DNA from: Piromyces finnis finn | Taxonomy: Eukaryota > Fungi > Neocallimastigomycota | Length of the DNA: 64,000 nt | Direction of reading: 5' to 3' | Assembly (NCBI GenBank): GCA_002104945.1 | Contig: MCFH01000071.1 | Location: 1-64,000 of the forward strand | In this document: positions 12,278-24,239 of the stretch, piece by piece | Layout of the letters: every line of letters begins with the position of its first letter | Position numbering within the stretch: the stretch's first letter is position 1 | Notes under the pieces: generated by a model | What the model was told of the DNA's origin: nothing | Database searches by the model: none | Seen by the model: the letters and a program-made list of their open reading frames with translations, nothing else | Translations under genes and position numbers: made by a program

Positions 12278-15200
12278 TTGGAGGAATTAATAAATATATT
12301 TGATAATTGGAATTTGGAGGAAATGACGGATAGAATGGAGAATGCTGCTGGGAATCATGGAAGCATTATTAATGCTCCACCATTATTCACTGGTAGGCAA
12401 AGGGAATTAGATGGTTTTTTAACCAGAGTGGAATTGGTTTTCCGAACTCGACCGGCACTGTATAATACAGATCGCGTCCGGGTTGACTTCGTTATTTCCT
12501 ACTTCTCTGGGAAACCGTTGGAATGGGCTTCATCACTAATGCGGAATAATAGTGGGATATTAAACAATTATGATGAATTTATAGATCGTTTGAGGGCTAA
12601 TTTCGGATGTGACCGTTATGATACTGTTGTTGCGAATGGTAAATTAGACAACATCCGACAAAAAAAACTTGGATATGTTGTTGATTATATTACCGAGTTT
12701 CAAAGAATAAGCCAAAATTCAAACTTTAATGAAAGTGCAAAGATCTATATGTTTCTGAAAGGTTTAAACCCACAGTTAAGAGAAAAGTTGGCTTTTGTTG
12801 AAACCAATCCAAATTCAATGGAACAGTTAATATCTTCAACAATTTTGGTTGAAGATATGATGAAAAGAAATTCTTTAAGTGAATTCTATTTTAACAATAG
12901 GATTGCGGGAGATCCTATGGATGTTGATGTTTTTAAAATTAGTGCAGATAGGAAACGTAAGCGTTATATCAACATTCAAGGATCCAGCGGTCGTTATGAG
13001 GAGAGATCAAATAATTTTGAAGAAGAAAGAAAAAAGGGTGTTTGTTTTCTTTGCAAGAAACCAGGACATTTGAAATTCAATTGTCCTAATAGAGTTAAAC
13101 CAAAAAGAGTATTCCGGATTATTAAGGAAAAGACTCCTAGAATTGCTAATCCAAGGATTTATAAAGTGGGAGTCATGGATAGCAAAAAAGACGTAAATAT
13201 TATCGATTTTTATTTAAGTACAAACAATATTCCGGAAGTTAAAGTTAGAGTGTTAGTTGATTCAGGATCCGAATTAAGTTTTATTAATCCTGAACTTGCT
13301 AAAGAAATTGGAATTCATTTTGAAACTGTTGAGCCTTTCCGAGTTTCAGGAGTTAACGATGGGATTTCTTGTGTAATGGAACGGAGTGAAAAGTGCATAT
13401 TAAGATGTAGAAATCATTTTGAAACTATTCAATTATATAGTTTAAAGGTTCCTGGTGTCGACGTAATTCTTGGACTACCATGGATTAAAAAGCACAATCC
13501 TGAGGCTTTTTATGATTCCAAGAAAATCAATTTTAGTTCGGGATATTGCGCTAGACACTGTAACCATGGGAAAAGAAATAGAAAAAGTAAGAAGAAATCT
13601 AAGAAGGACGAATTAGACCATGAAGTCCTCGACAAAAGTATTATGAAAAAATCGGCTAAATCCATCGGTCTCTCGGATAATGCAAACACCTCGAATAATG
13701 AAGACAAGGAGTACGTTAGAGGACGCCTAGTAAGAACTATTAATGATGAAGAAGACAGCGAAGATGACGGAGACAATTATAATAAAAAAGTTAAATGTAT
13801 AATTAGTAAAATTAGTGAAACATGTAATAGTAATAATAAATGTAATTATGAATGTAATGAAAATAGTCTTAGTTTAATAGAAACAAAGATTAAGAATAAT
13901 GAATTAAATAAAGAAAAAATGGTCACCGTACCATCCGAATATATTGAATTTTTAGAAGTGTTTAACGAAAAAAATTGTGAAGTGTTACCTCCTCATAGAC
14001 CTTATGATTGTGAAATCAAGCTTAAGGATGATTCAACTTTATTTTATGGACCCTTGTATCCATTAACTGAAGTTGAAAGAGAGGAACTTAAAAAATATAT
14101 AGATGAAAATTTAAATAAGGGTTTTATTAGGAAATCATCGTCTCCTGCAGGGGCTCCAATTTTGTTTGTTAAAAAGAAGGATGGCTCCCTGAGACTTTGT
14201 ATCGATTATAGAAAGTTGAATGACATTACCATTCGTAATTCATATCCTTTACCTTTAATTAGTGACCTTCTGGAAAGAGTGAAAAATGCTAAAATTTTCA
14301 CTAAATTAGATCTCAAATCTGCTTATAATCTTATTCGTATTAAAGAAGGTGACGAATACAAAACAGCTTTTCGTACTAGGTATGGTCATTATGAATATCT
14401 AGTTATGCCTTTTGGATTAAAGAATGCACCTGCAACTTTTCAACACTTTATTAACGATGTTCTCAGTGATTACTTAGACGATTTTGTTATCTCGTATATT
14501 GATGATATCCTTATTTATTCTAATAATATCGAAGAGCATCATGAGCATGTTAAAAAGGTACTTAAGAAACTACTTGAAAATAATCTTTATGTTAAATTAG
14601 AAAAATGTGAGTTTGATGTTGAGAAAACCACTTTTCTTGGTTATGTCATTTCAAAGGATGGATTGCAAATGGATGAGAATAAAGTTAAAGCAATTCTCGA
14701 TTGGCCGGTTCCCAAGAATGTTAAAGAGGTTCAGTCTTTTATTGGTTTATGCAACTATTACAGAATTTTTATTAAAGACTTTGCTAAAATTGCAAACCCT
14801 CTTCACAAACTCACTAGAAAGAATGTTGCTTTTAACTGGGTGAAAGAAGATCAGGACGCTTTTATTTTATTAAAATCTCTGTTCACGTCAGCTCCTATTC
14901 TGAAACATGCGGATAGTAATAAACAATTTATTGTAGAAACTGATGCTAGTAATTATGCTGTCGGTGCTATTCTCTCTCAAGAATTTGATGGCAAATTACA
15001 TCCTATTGTATTTCTTTCTAAAAGTTTGACGAGTTGTCAAAGAAACTATCCTATATATGACAAGGAACTTTTAGCTATTGTAATTGCTCTTGAAGAATGG
15101 CGTCATTATTTAGAAGGTGCACGCCATCCGTTCATAATTTATACTGATCACAAGAATTTAACATTTCCTAGAAAACCTGAAATGTTATCTCAGAGACAAA

Positions 15201-15289
15201 TTAGATGGAATTTGTTCTTATCCAGATTTGATTTTAAACTCATTTATAGAGCTGGAAAGAAATCCGGTAAGCCTGATATCCTGTCTCGT
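12278..15289 (+). CDS. gag-pol: P1 gag-protease-RT-RNase H (interrupted by P2)
   Basis: CFLCKKPGHLKFNC knuckle, LVDSGS, YIDDILIY, TDASNYAVG. In frame with 21654-23285 after removing P2 (4644 nt). Confidence 0.93.
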
Positions 15290-16282
15290 TGTAAAGACAT
15301 CAAACGCCTCTGTTTGATATCTTTAATGTAACTTAAGCCACAAGTATTATTGTTTAAGTTACACAAATTATATTCAGAAAAAGAAAATGAGACATAATTT
15401 ATTTATTAATAATTAAAGTTTAAAACAAAATAAATTATTAATTTATTTTTAATGTTTAACAAGTAAATTAATATTCTCAATTTAAATCCCTAGTTTTAGT
15501 ATTGTTTTTTTATAGAAATAGATAAATAATAAATGATTAATATATCAATAATACATGGGCACATATTCAAATTAAATAGTACTTAATTTGAATTGCCAAT
15601 TGTATTTTACTAAAAATAGTTATAGTTTAAATATTTATTAATAATTAAGATTTTAGTGTAGATTTTAAATAATAATATATAAGAAATAAATAGTTATAAT
15701 ATAATATAAATGTATTTAGGAAAAATATAAATAGAAGATATTTTTCATCATTTTATCGATGTAATTGTTATTATTAAAATTCTATTATAATAAAAGATAT
15801 TTTATAAAACAATTTTTTATTTTATTTCTCAAATTTTTGTGTTATTGTAATAGGTTAGATATCCTAATCTATTCGGTTTAGTGTCTGACTTTACAATAAC
15901 AATTACCTAAACAGATAGTTACGAATACGTTAGGGTATCAAGAAGAAATAGAAGAACTTTTGGGAAGATTCTACTAGGACAAATAGAAGAATTCTACTAG
16001 AAGAAATATAAGAACTTTTTGGAAAACTCTACTTGAAGAAATAGAAGAAATTTTTGAATATTTTGCTAAGGCTACCTAAGGAAGATTATCAAGAACTTTG
16101 GGATATTCTACCGGACTACAAGAATACTTTAATCAATCGGAACGCTTCACCGAATAATTCGTATTTGAAAAGGACTATTACTACGGCTGAAGTTTGGAAT
16201 TAACATTAGTTAATAACTTGTTCGACACTGTAATTATACAGAGAGAGTCTGTAATAACTTATTAACTTATTGTTAGAAGACG

Positions 16283-16328
<46 letters not shown>

Positions 16329-19300
16329 ACTTACTTGAAATAATAGTAAGAAACCCTCGTTATTTTACTTAATTTTAATTTTATGTGTTTTTGTATTAGA
16401 GTTGGAGGAATTAATTAATACTTTTGATAATTTAAATTTAGAAGAAATGGAAGAAAGAGGTGGTGGTTCTACAGTAAATCCAGGGAACATTATCAATGCT
16501 CCTCCGTTGTTTACTGGTAGACATAGAGATTTAGATGGGTTTTTAACTAGAGTAGAATTGGTATTTCGAACTCGACCGGCACTGTACAATACAGATCGCG
16601 TCCGGGTTGATTTCGTTATTTCCTACTTCTCTGGTAGACCCCTGGAATGGGCATCATCGCTTATGAGGAATAATAGTAATGTATTGAACCATTATGATGA
16701 ATTTATAGATCGCCTCAGAGCTAATTTCGGTAGTGATCGATATGACACTGTTGTTGCAAACGGTAAACTCGATAACATTAGACAAAGAAAACTTGGTCAA
16801 GTAGTTGATTATATCACCGAGTTTCAACGAGTTAGCCAAAATTCCAACTTTAACGAAAGTGCTAAGATCTATATGTTTCTGAAAGGTTTAAATCCATTAC
16901 TTAGAGAGAAATTGGCGTTTGTCGAAACAAACCCGTCATCTATGGAACATTTAATATCCTCAACAATATTAGTTGAAGATATGATGAAAAGGAATTCTTT
17001 GAGTGAGTTTTATTTTAATAATAGAAGGGCTAATGATCCTATGGATGTTGACGTTTTTAGAATTAGTGCTGATAAGAAGCGTAAACGTTATGTAAATATT
17101 CAAGGAACTAGTAATAATTATGATGAGAGCCCAAGAACGTTTGAAGAAGAAAGGAGAAAGGGGGTTTGTTTTTTGTGTAAAAAACCTGGACATTTTAAAT
17201 TTAATTGTCCAAATAGAGTAAAACCCAAGAAGGTTTTTAGAATAATTAAAGAAAAAACTCCTAAGATTGTTGAACCGAAAATTTATAAAGTAGGAGTAAT
17301 GGACAAAAAAGATGATTTGAATTTTATTGACTTTTATTTAAGTACTAACGAGGTCCCCGAAGCAAAAATCAAGGTGTTGATTGATTCTGGTTCCGAGTTA
17401 AATTTTATTAACCCGGATATTGCTGAGGATCTTGGCATTAAATTTGAGAATATTGACCCATTCCGTGTTTCCGGAGTCAATGATGGAATTTCCAGAGTCT
17501 GGGAAAAGTCGGAGAAATGTATGCTAAGATATAGGAACCATTATGAAGTTATTCAGCTGTATAGCTTAAAGGTTCCTGGAGTTGATGTTATTCTTGGGTT
17601 ACCTTGGATCAAAAAGCATAATCCTGAAGCTTTTTATGATCCTAAGAAAATTGCTTTTAGTTCCGGTTATTGTGCTAGACACTGTAACCAAGGTAAAAGA
17701 AGAAGGAAGCAAAGAAAGAAGTCTCAAAAAAGCCAGCTAGATCATGATGTTCTTGACCGAAGTTTAACTAAAACAGTAAAATCTGTCTCTACAGCCCCTT
17801 TAAAAAACCCTGAAGAAAAGGAGTATATTAAAGGCCGCCTTGTTAGAACCATTAATGATGAAGATGATAGCGATGAGGAATATATTAGTTTTAATAAAAA
17901 GGTTAAATGTATTGTAACGAAAATTAATGAAACATGTAATAATAATAATGAATCATGTAGTAATAATAATAATAATAATGAAAAGGATATTAATAAAGAT
18001 AAATTGGTCTCCGTACCAACCCAATATTTAGAATTTAGTGAAGTGTTTAATGAAAAAAATTGTGAAGTGTTACCTCCTCATAGACCTTATGATTGCGAAA
18101 TCAAGCTTAAGGATGATTCAACTTTATTTTATGGACCTTTGTATCCATTAACTGAAGTTGAAAGAGAGGAACTTAAAAAGTATATAGATGAAAATTTAAA
18201 TAAAGGTTTCATTAGGAAATCATCGTCTCCTGCTGGTGCCCCAATTTTGTTTGTTAAAAAGAAGGACGGTTCCTTAAGACTTTGTATTGATTATAGAAGG
18301 TTGAATGATATTACAATTCGTAATTCATATCCTTTACCTTTAATAAGTGACCTTTTGGATAGGGTGAAAAATGCTAAGATTTTTACCAAACTAGACCTTA
18401 AATCCGCTTATAATCTTGTTCGTATTAAAGAAGGTGATGAATACAAAACGGCTTTTCGTACTAGGTATGGTCATTTTGAATATCTGGTTATGCCTTTTGG
18501 ATTAAAGAATGCACCTGCAACCTTTCAACACTTTATTAACGATGTTCTTAGTGATTATTTAGATGATTTTGTTATCTCATATATTGATGATATCCTTATT
18601 TATTCTAATAATATCGAAGAGCATCACGAGCATGTTAAAAAGGTACTTAAGAAACTACTCGAAAATAATCTTTATGTTAAATTAGAAAAATGTGAGTTTG
18701 ATGTTAAGAAAACCACTTTTCTTGGTTATGTCATTTCAAAAGATGGGTTGCAAATGGATGAAAATAAAGTTAAAGCAATTCTCGATTGGCCGGTTCCCAA
18801 GAATGTTAAAGAGGTTCAGTCTTTTATTGGTCTATGTAACTATTACAGAATTTTTATTAAAGACTTTGCTAAAATTGCAAACCCTCTTCACAAGCTCACT
18901 AGAAAAAATGTTGCTTTTAACTGGGTGAAAGAAGATCAGGACGCTTTTAATTTATTAAAAACTTTGTTCACGTCAGCTCCTATTCTGAAACATGCGGATA
19001 GTAATAAACAATTTATTGTTGAAACTGATGCTAGTAATTATGCTGTCGGTGCTATTCTCTCTCAAGAGTTTGACGGCAAATTACATCCCATTGCATTTCT
19101 TTCTAAAAGTTTGACGAGTTGTCAAAGAAACTATCCTATATATGACAAGGAACTGTTAGCCATTATAGTTGCACTTGAAGAATGGCGTCATTACTTAGAG
19201 GGTGCACGCCATCAGTTCATAATTTATACCGATCACAAGAACTTAACATTTCCTAGAAAACCTGAAATGTTATCTCAGAGACAAATTAGATGGAATTTGT

Positions 19301-21648
19301 TCTTATCCAGATTTGACTTTAAACTCATTTATAGAGCTGGTAAGAAATCTGGTAAGCCTGACATTCTGTCTCGTAGAAGTGATCATTTAGTGAATGTTAT
19401 TAACTCTGATGTTTCTTGTCTTACTATTTCGCTTCATCATAGTGATAACAAACCTTTAATAGATTCTATTTTATCAGAACTTAAAAATGACGATTTGTAT
19501 AATTCCATTGTTCAATTTAAAATGAATGGTTCTACAAGTAATGCACCTATTAAAAATATTGATAAAGTTATTATTGACGGTGAAGGATTTTTGTTATTTA
19601 ATAATCTTATTTATGTTCCTAAATCTCTTAGGACTAGAGTTTTGGAACTCCATCATGATTCTGTTGCTGCTGGCCATTTCGGCATTAAGAAAACTGTCGA
19701 ACTTATTTCAAGAAACTTTTGGTGGCCAAGATTTCATTCAGATGTTAAATCCTTTATTAAATCTTGCGTGACTTGTTGCAAATCCAAAGTCCCTAGACAT
19801 AAGCCTTATGGATTGTTATCCCCTTTGGACACTCCTAGTAGGCCTTGGTCTGATATCTCTATCGACTTTATTGTTGATCTTCCTAAGTCCAGAGATATGA
19901 CTACACTTATGGTTGTTGTCGATAGATTTACTAAATTTGCTCACGCCATTCCTTTACGTTGTCTTCCTACTGCTTCAATTGCTGCTGATGCTTTTATTGC
20001 CAATGTCTTCCGTTTGCATGGTCTTCCTAATTCCATTATTTCTGATAGAGGCTCGCAATTTACTTCTGATTTCTGGTCAAGACTTTGTGACCTTCTTAAT
20101 ATCAATCATTCATTGTCAACTGCTAACCATCCGCAGACAGATGGTCAAACGGAGAGGGTGAACGGCATATTAGAACAATATTTCCGTTGTTTTATCAATA
20201 AAAAGCAGAATAACTGGGTTGATCTTATCCCGTTTGCTGAATTTGCTTATAATAATACTTTACAGCAATCTATAAATCAATCCCCATTCTTTGCTAATTA
20301 TGGTTTTCATCCAAAGTTCAGCTTGGAAATCCCGGCTAATGATAGACCTAGTAGAGCTGAACAAAGAGTAATTGATATGAATGAAAACTTTAAATTATTA
20401 AAAGGAAACTTAGAAAAAGCAAAAGAAACATATAAGAAATATGCCGATATGAAAAGAATGAGTCCCCCGGAATTTGAAGTGGGAAAGAAGGTATGGTTAT
20501 TGAAAGATTCTCCGAGAACTAACTTGAAGAAGAAATTAGCACCTCAAATGCTTGGTCCATTTGAAATAATTGAAAAAGTTAGTTCTCTCGCTTTTAAATT
20601 GAAACTCCCAAAGACAATGAGATGTCATCCAGTCTTTCATGTCTCATTGTTAGAACCATACTTTGAAAACGAGTTTATAGATAGGTCTAATAGTAGGAAA
20701 AGAAATATTCATCTTAGCACAGATTTAATTGAAAAAATTCCAGAAAAAATTGAGAAGATGAAATCTGTTAATGGTGAGACATTTTATAAGTTATCGTGGA
20801 AAGGATTTGACAAATCCACTTGGGTTTCTGAAGATCAGATCCCGGACAAACAATTAATACAAGAGTTCGAAAGAAACTCTAAAAAGTCAAAACATAAGTT
20901 GAATGACTCCTCCATGAGAATAAGAAAGAATAAAGGTGGTAATCTAATCAAGCACAGATACCAACCATTTGTAATTGAAATTCCTTCGAGAAAAGATTCC
21001 TTATAAATTAATCTCGCAGGAGCTCGACTTAGAGAGAGAGATTGTAAAGACATCAAACGCCTCTGTTTGATATCTTTAATGTAACTTAAGCCACAAGTAT
21101 TATTGTTTAAGTTACACAAATTATATTCAGAAAAAGAAAATGAGACATAATTTATTTATTAATAATTAAAGTTTAAAACAAAATAAATTATTAATTTATT
21201 TTTAATGTTTAACAAGTAAATTAATATTCTCAATTTAAATCCCTAGTTTTAGTATTGTTTTTTTATAGAAATAGATAAATAATAAATGATTAATATATCA
21301 ATAATACATGGGCACATATTCAAATTAAATGGTACTTAATTTGAATTGCCAATTGTATTTTACTAAAAATAGTTATAGTTTAAATATTTATTAATAATTA
21401 AGATTTTAGTGTAGATTTTAAATAATAATATATAAGAAATAAATAGTTATAATATAATATAAATGTATTTAGGAAAAATATAAATAGAAGATATTTTTCA
21501 TCATTTTATCGATGTAATTGTTATTATTAAAATTCTATTATAATAAAAGATATTTTATAAAACAATTTTTTATTTTATTTCTCAAATTTTTGTGTTATTG
21601 TAATAGGTTAGATATCCTAATCTATTCGGTTTAGTGTCTGACTTTACA
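15290..21648 (+). mobile_element. Intact Ty3/gypsy chromovirus element P2 (family C)
   Basis: 606-bp LTRs 15290-15895 and 21043-21648 (one difference seen), TSD CTCGT, PBS 15896-15906, PPT 21031-21042. Confidence 0.96.
16402..21006 (+). CDS. gag-pol: P2 single-ORF Gag-Pol (1534 aa from TTG): CA, CCHC, PR, RT, RH, IN, chromodomain-like
   Basis: Uninterrupted ORF with all catalytic motifs (LIDSGS, YIDD, D-D-E integrase). Confidence 0.96.
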   Translation: MEELINTFDNLNLEEMEERGGGSTVNPGNIINAPPLFTGRHRDLDGFLTRVELVFRTRPALYNTDRVRVDFVISYFSGRPLEWASSLMRNNSNVLNHYDEFIDRLRANFGSDRYDTVVANGKLDNIRQRKLGQVVDYITEFQRVSQNSNFNESAKIYMFLKGLNPLLREKLAFVETNPSSMEHLISSTILVEDMMKRNSLSEFYFNNRRANDPMDVDVFRISADKKRKRYVNIQGTSNNYDESPRTFEEERRKGVCFLCKKPGHFKFNCPNRVKPKKVFRIIKEKTPKIVEPKIYKVGVMDKKDDLNFIDFYLSTNEVPEAKIKVLIDSGSELNFINPDIAEDLGIKFENIDPFRVSGVNDGISRVWEKSEKCMLRYRNHYEVIQLYSLKVPGVDVILGLPWIKKHNPEAFYDPKKIAFSSGYCARHCNQGKRRRKQRKKSQKSQLDHDVLDRSLTKTVKSVSTAPLKNPEEKEYIKGRLVRTINDEDDSDEEYISFNKKVKCIVTKINETCNNNNESCSNNNNNNEKDINKDKLVSVPTQYLEFSEVFNEKNCEVLPPHRPYDCEIKLKDDSTLFYGPLYPLTEVEREELKKYIDENLNKGFIRKSSSPAGAPILFVKKKDGSLRLCIDYRRLNDITIRNSYPLPLISDLLDRVKNAKIFTKLDLKSAYNLVRIKEGDEYKTAFRTRYGHFEYLVMPFGLKNAPATFQHFINDVLSDYLDDFVISYIDDILIYSNNIEEHHEHVKKVLKKLLENNLYVKLEKCEFDVKKTTFLGYVISKDGLQMDENKVKAILDWPVPKNVKEVQSFIGLCNYYRIFIKDFAKIANPLHKLTRKNVAFNWVKEDQDAFNLLKTLFTSAPILKHADSNKQFIVETDASNYAVGAILSQEFDGKLHPIAFLSKSLTSCQRNYPIYDKELLAIIVALEEWRHYLEGARHQFIIYTDHKNLTFPRKPEMLSQRQIRWNLFLSRFDFKLIYRAGKKSGKPDILSRRSDHLVNVINSDVSCLTISLHHSDNKPLIDSILSELKNDDLYNSIVQFKMNGSTSNAPIKNIDKVIIDGEGFLLFNNLIYVPKSLRTRVLELHHDSVAAGHFGIKKTVELISRNFWWPRFHSDVKSFIKSCVTCCKSKVPRHKPYGLLSPLDTPSRPWSDISIDFIVDLPKSRDMTTLMVVVDRFTKFAHAIPLRCLPTASIAADAFIANVFRLHGLPNSIISDRGSQFTSDFWSRLCDLLNINHSLSTANHPQTDGQTERVNGILEQYFRCFINKKQNNWVDLIPFAEFAYNNTLQQSINQSPFFANYGFHPKFSLEIPANDRPSRAEQRVIDMNENFKLLKGNLEKAKETYKKYADMKRMSPPEFEVGKKVWLLKDSPRTNLKKKLAPQMLGPFEIIEKVSSLAFKLKLPKTMRCHPVFHVSLLEPYFENEFIDRSNSRKRNIHLSTDLIEKIPEKIEKMKSVNGETFYKLSWKGFDKSTWVSEDQIPDKQLIQEFERNSKKSKHKLNDSSMRIRKNKGGNLIKHRYQPFVIEIPSRKDSL

Positions 21649-21653
21649 CTCGT

Positions 21654-23285
21654 AGAAGTGACCATTTAGAGAATAATATTAATTCTGATGTTTCTTGTCT
21701 TACTATTTCGTTTCATCATAGCGATAACAAACCGTTAATCGATTCTATTTTATTAGAACTTAAAAATGACGATTTGTATAATTCTATTGTCCAATTTAAA
21801 ATGAATGGTTCTGCATGTAATGCACCTATTAAAAATATTGATAAAGTTATTATTGATAATGAAGGATTTTTGTTATATAATAATCTTATTTATGTTCCTA
21901 AATCTCTTAGGACAAGAGTTTTGGAACTCCATCATGATTCTGTTGCTGCTGGCCATTTCGGCATTAAGAAAACTGTCGAACTTATTTCAAGAAACTTTTG
22001 GTGGCCAAGGTTTCATTCAGACGTTAAATCTTTTATCAAATCTTGCGTGACTTGTTGCAAATCCAAAGTCCCCAGACATAAGCCTTATGGACTATTATCC
22101 CCTTTGGACACTCCCAGTAGGCCCTGGTCTGATATTTCTATTGATTTTATTGTTGATCTTCCTAAGTCCAGAGATATGACAACTCTCATGGTTGTTGTCG
22201 ATAGATTTACTAAATTTGCTCACGCCATTCCTTTACGTTGTCTTCCTACTGCTTCGATTGCTGCTGATGCTTTTATTGCTAATGTCTTCCGTTTGCATGG
22301 TCTTCCTGATTCCATCATTTCTGATAGAGGCTCGCAATTTACTTCTGACTTTTGGTCAAGACTTTGTGACCTTCTTAATATCAATCATTCATTATCGACT
22401 GCCAACCATCCGCAGACAGATGGTCAAACGGAGAGGGTGAACGGCATATTAGAACAATATTTCCGTTGTTTTATAAATAAAAAGCAGAATAACTGGGTTG
22501 ATCTTATCCCATTTGCTGAATTTGCATATAATAATACTTTACAACAATCTATAAATCAATCCCCATTCTTTGCTAATTATGGTTTTCATCCAAAGTTCAG
22601 CTTAGAAATTCCAGCTAATGATAGACCTAGTAGAGCTGAACAAAGAGTAATTGATATGAATGAAAACTTTAAATTATTAAAAGAAAGCTTAGAAAAAGCA
22701 AAAGAAACATATAAGAAATATGCCGATATGAAAAGAATAAGTCCCCCGGAATTTGAAGTGGGAAAGAAGGTATGGTTATTGAAAGATTCTCCGGGAACTA
22801 ACTTGAAGAAGAAATTAGCACCTCAAATGCTTGGTCCATTTGAGATAATTGGAAAAGTTAGTTCTCTTGCTTTCAAATTGAAACTTCCAAAGACAATGAG
22901 ATGTCATCCAGTCTTTCATGTTTCATTGTTAGAACCATATTTTGAAAACAAGTTTAACGACAGGTCTAATCGTAGGAAGAGGAACACTCACCTTAACACA
23001 GATTTAATTGAAAAAATTCCAGAGAAAATTGAAAAGATGAAATCTGTTAATGGTGAAACATTTTATAAGTTATCATGGAAAGGATTTGACAAATCCACTT
23101 GGATTTCTGAAGATCAGATTCCAGATAAACAATTAATACAAGAGTTTGAAAGAAACTCTAAAAAGTCAAAATATAAGTCGAACGACTCCTCCATGAAAAT
23201 TAGAGAGAATAAAGTTGGTAATCTAATCAAGCATAGATACCAACCATTTGTAATTGAAATTCCTTCGAGAAAAGATTCCTTATAA
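21654..23285 (+). CDS. pol: P1 integrase and chromodomain-like tail (continuation)
   Basis: HHDSVAAGH...CVTC, DFIVDLP, SDRG, QTER, GPF, YKLSWKGFDKSTW. Confidence 0.92.
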   Translation, partial: RSDHLENNINSDVSCLTISFHHSDNKPLIDSILLELKNDDLYNSIVQFKMNGSACNAPIKNIDKVIIDNEGFLLYNNLIYVPKSLRTRVLELHHDSVAAGHFGIKKTVELISRNFWWPRFHSDVKSFIKSCVTCCKSKVPRHKPYGLLSPLDTPSRPWSDISIDFIVDLPKSRDMTTLMVVVDRFTKFAHAIPLRCLPTASIAADAFIANVFRLHGLPDSIISDRGSQFTSDFWSRLCDLLNINHSLSTANHPQTDGQTERVNGILEQYFRCFINKKQNNWVDLIPFAEFAYNNTLQQSINQSPFFANYGFHPKFSLEIPANDRPSRAEQRVIDMNENFKLLKESLEKAKETYKKYADMKRISPPEFEVGKKVWLLKDSPGTNLKKKLAPQMLGPFEIIGKVSSLAFKLKLPKTMRCHPVFHVSLLEPYFENKFNDRSNRRKRNTHLNTDLIEKIPEKIEKMKSVNGETFYKLSWKGFDKSTWISEDQIPDKQLIQEFERNSKKSKYKSNDSSMKIRENKVGNLIKHRYQPFVIEIPSRKDSL

Positions 23286-24239
23286 ATTAATCTCGCAGGA
23301 GCTCGACTTAGAGAGAGAGATTGTAAAGATATCAAACGCCTCTGTTTGATATCTTTAATGTAACTTAAGCCACAAGTATTATTGTTTAAGTTACACAAAT
23401 TATATTCAGAAAAAGAAAATGAGACATAATTTATTTATTAATAATTAAAGTTTAAAACAAAATAAATTATTAATTTATTTTTAATGTTTAACAAGCAAAT
23501 TAATATTCTCAATTTAAATCCCTAGTTTTAGTATTGTTTTTTTATAGAAATAGATAAATAATAAATGATTAATATATCAATAATACATGGGCATATATTC
23601 AAATTGAATAGTACTTAATTTGAATTGCCAATTGTATTTTACTAAAAATAGTTATAGTTTAAATATTTATTAATAATTAAGATTTTAGTGTAGATTTTAA
23701 ATAATAATATATAAGAAATAAATAGTTATAATATAATATAAATGTATTTAGGAAAAATATAAATAGAAGATATTTTTCATCATTTTATCGATGTAATTGT
23801 TATTATTAAAATTCTATTATAATAAAAGATATTTTATAAAACAATTTTTTATTTTATTTTTTCAAAATCTTGTGTTATTGTAATAGAATAGATATCCTAA
23901 TCTATTCTTTCAGTGTTCAACATTACATATGTGCCCATGTATTATTGATATATTAATCATTTATTATTTATCTATTTCTATAAAAAAACAATACTAAAAC
24001 TAGGGATTTAAATTGAGAATATTAATTTACTTGTTAAACATTAAAAATAAACTAATAATTTATTTTGTTTTAAACTTTAATTATTAATAAATAAATTATG
24101 TCTCATTTTCTTTTTCTGAATATAATTTGTGTAACTTAAACAATAATACTTGTGGCTTAAGTTACATTAAAGATATCAAACAGAGGCGTTTGATATCTTT
24201 ACAATCTCTCTCTCTAAGTCGAGCTCCTGCGAGATTAAT

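Larger units (their letters stand above)
11261..23927 (+). mobile_element. Ty3/gypsy chromovirus element P1 (family C)
   Basis: 606-bp LTRs 11261-11866 and 23322-23927, TSD TATGT, PBS ATAACAATTAC at 11867-11877, PPT AGAGAGAGAGAT. Confidence 0.95.
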
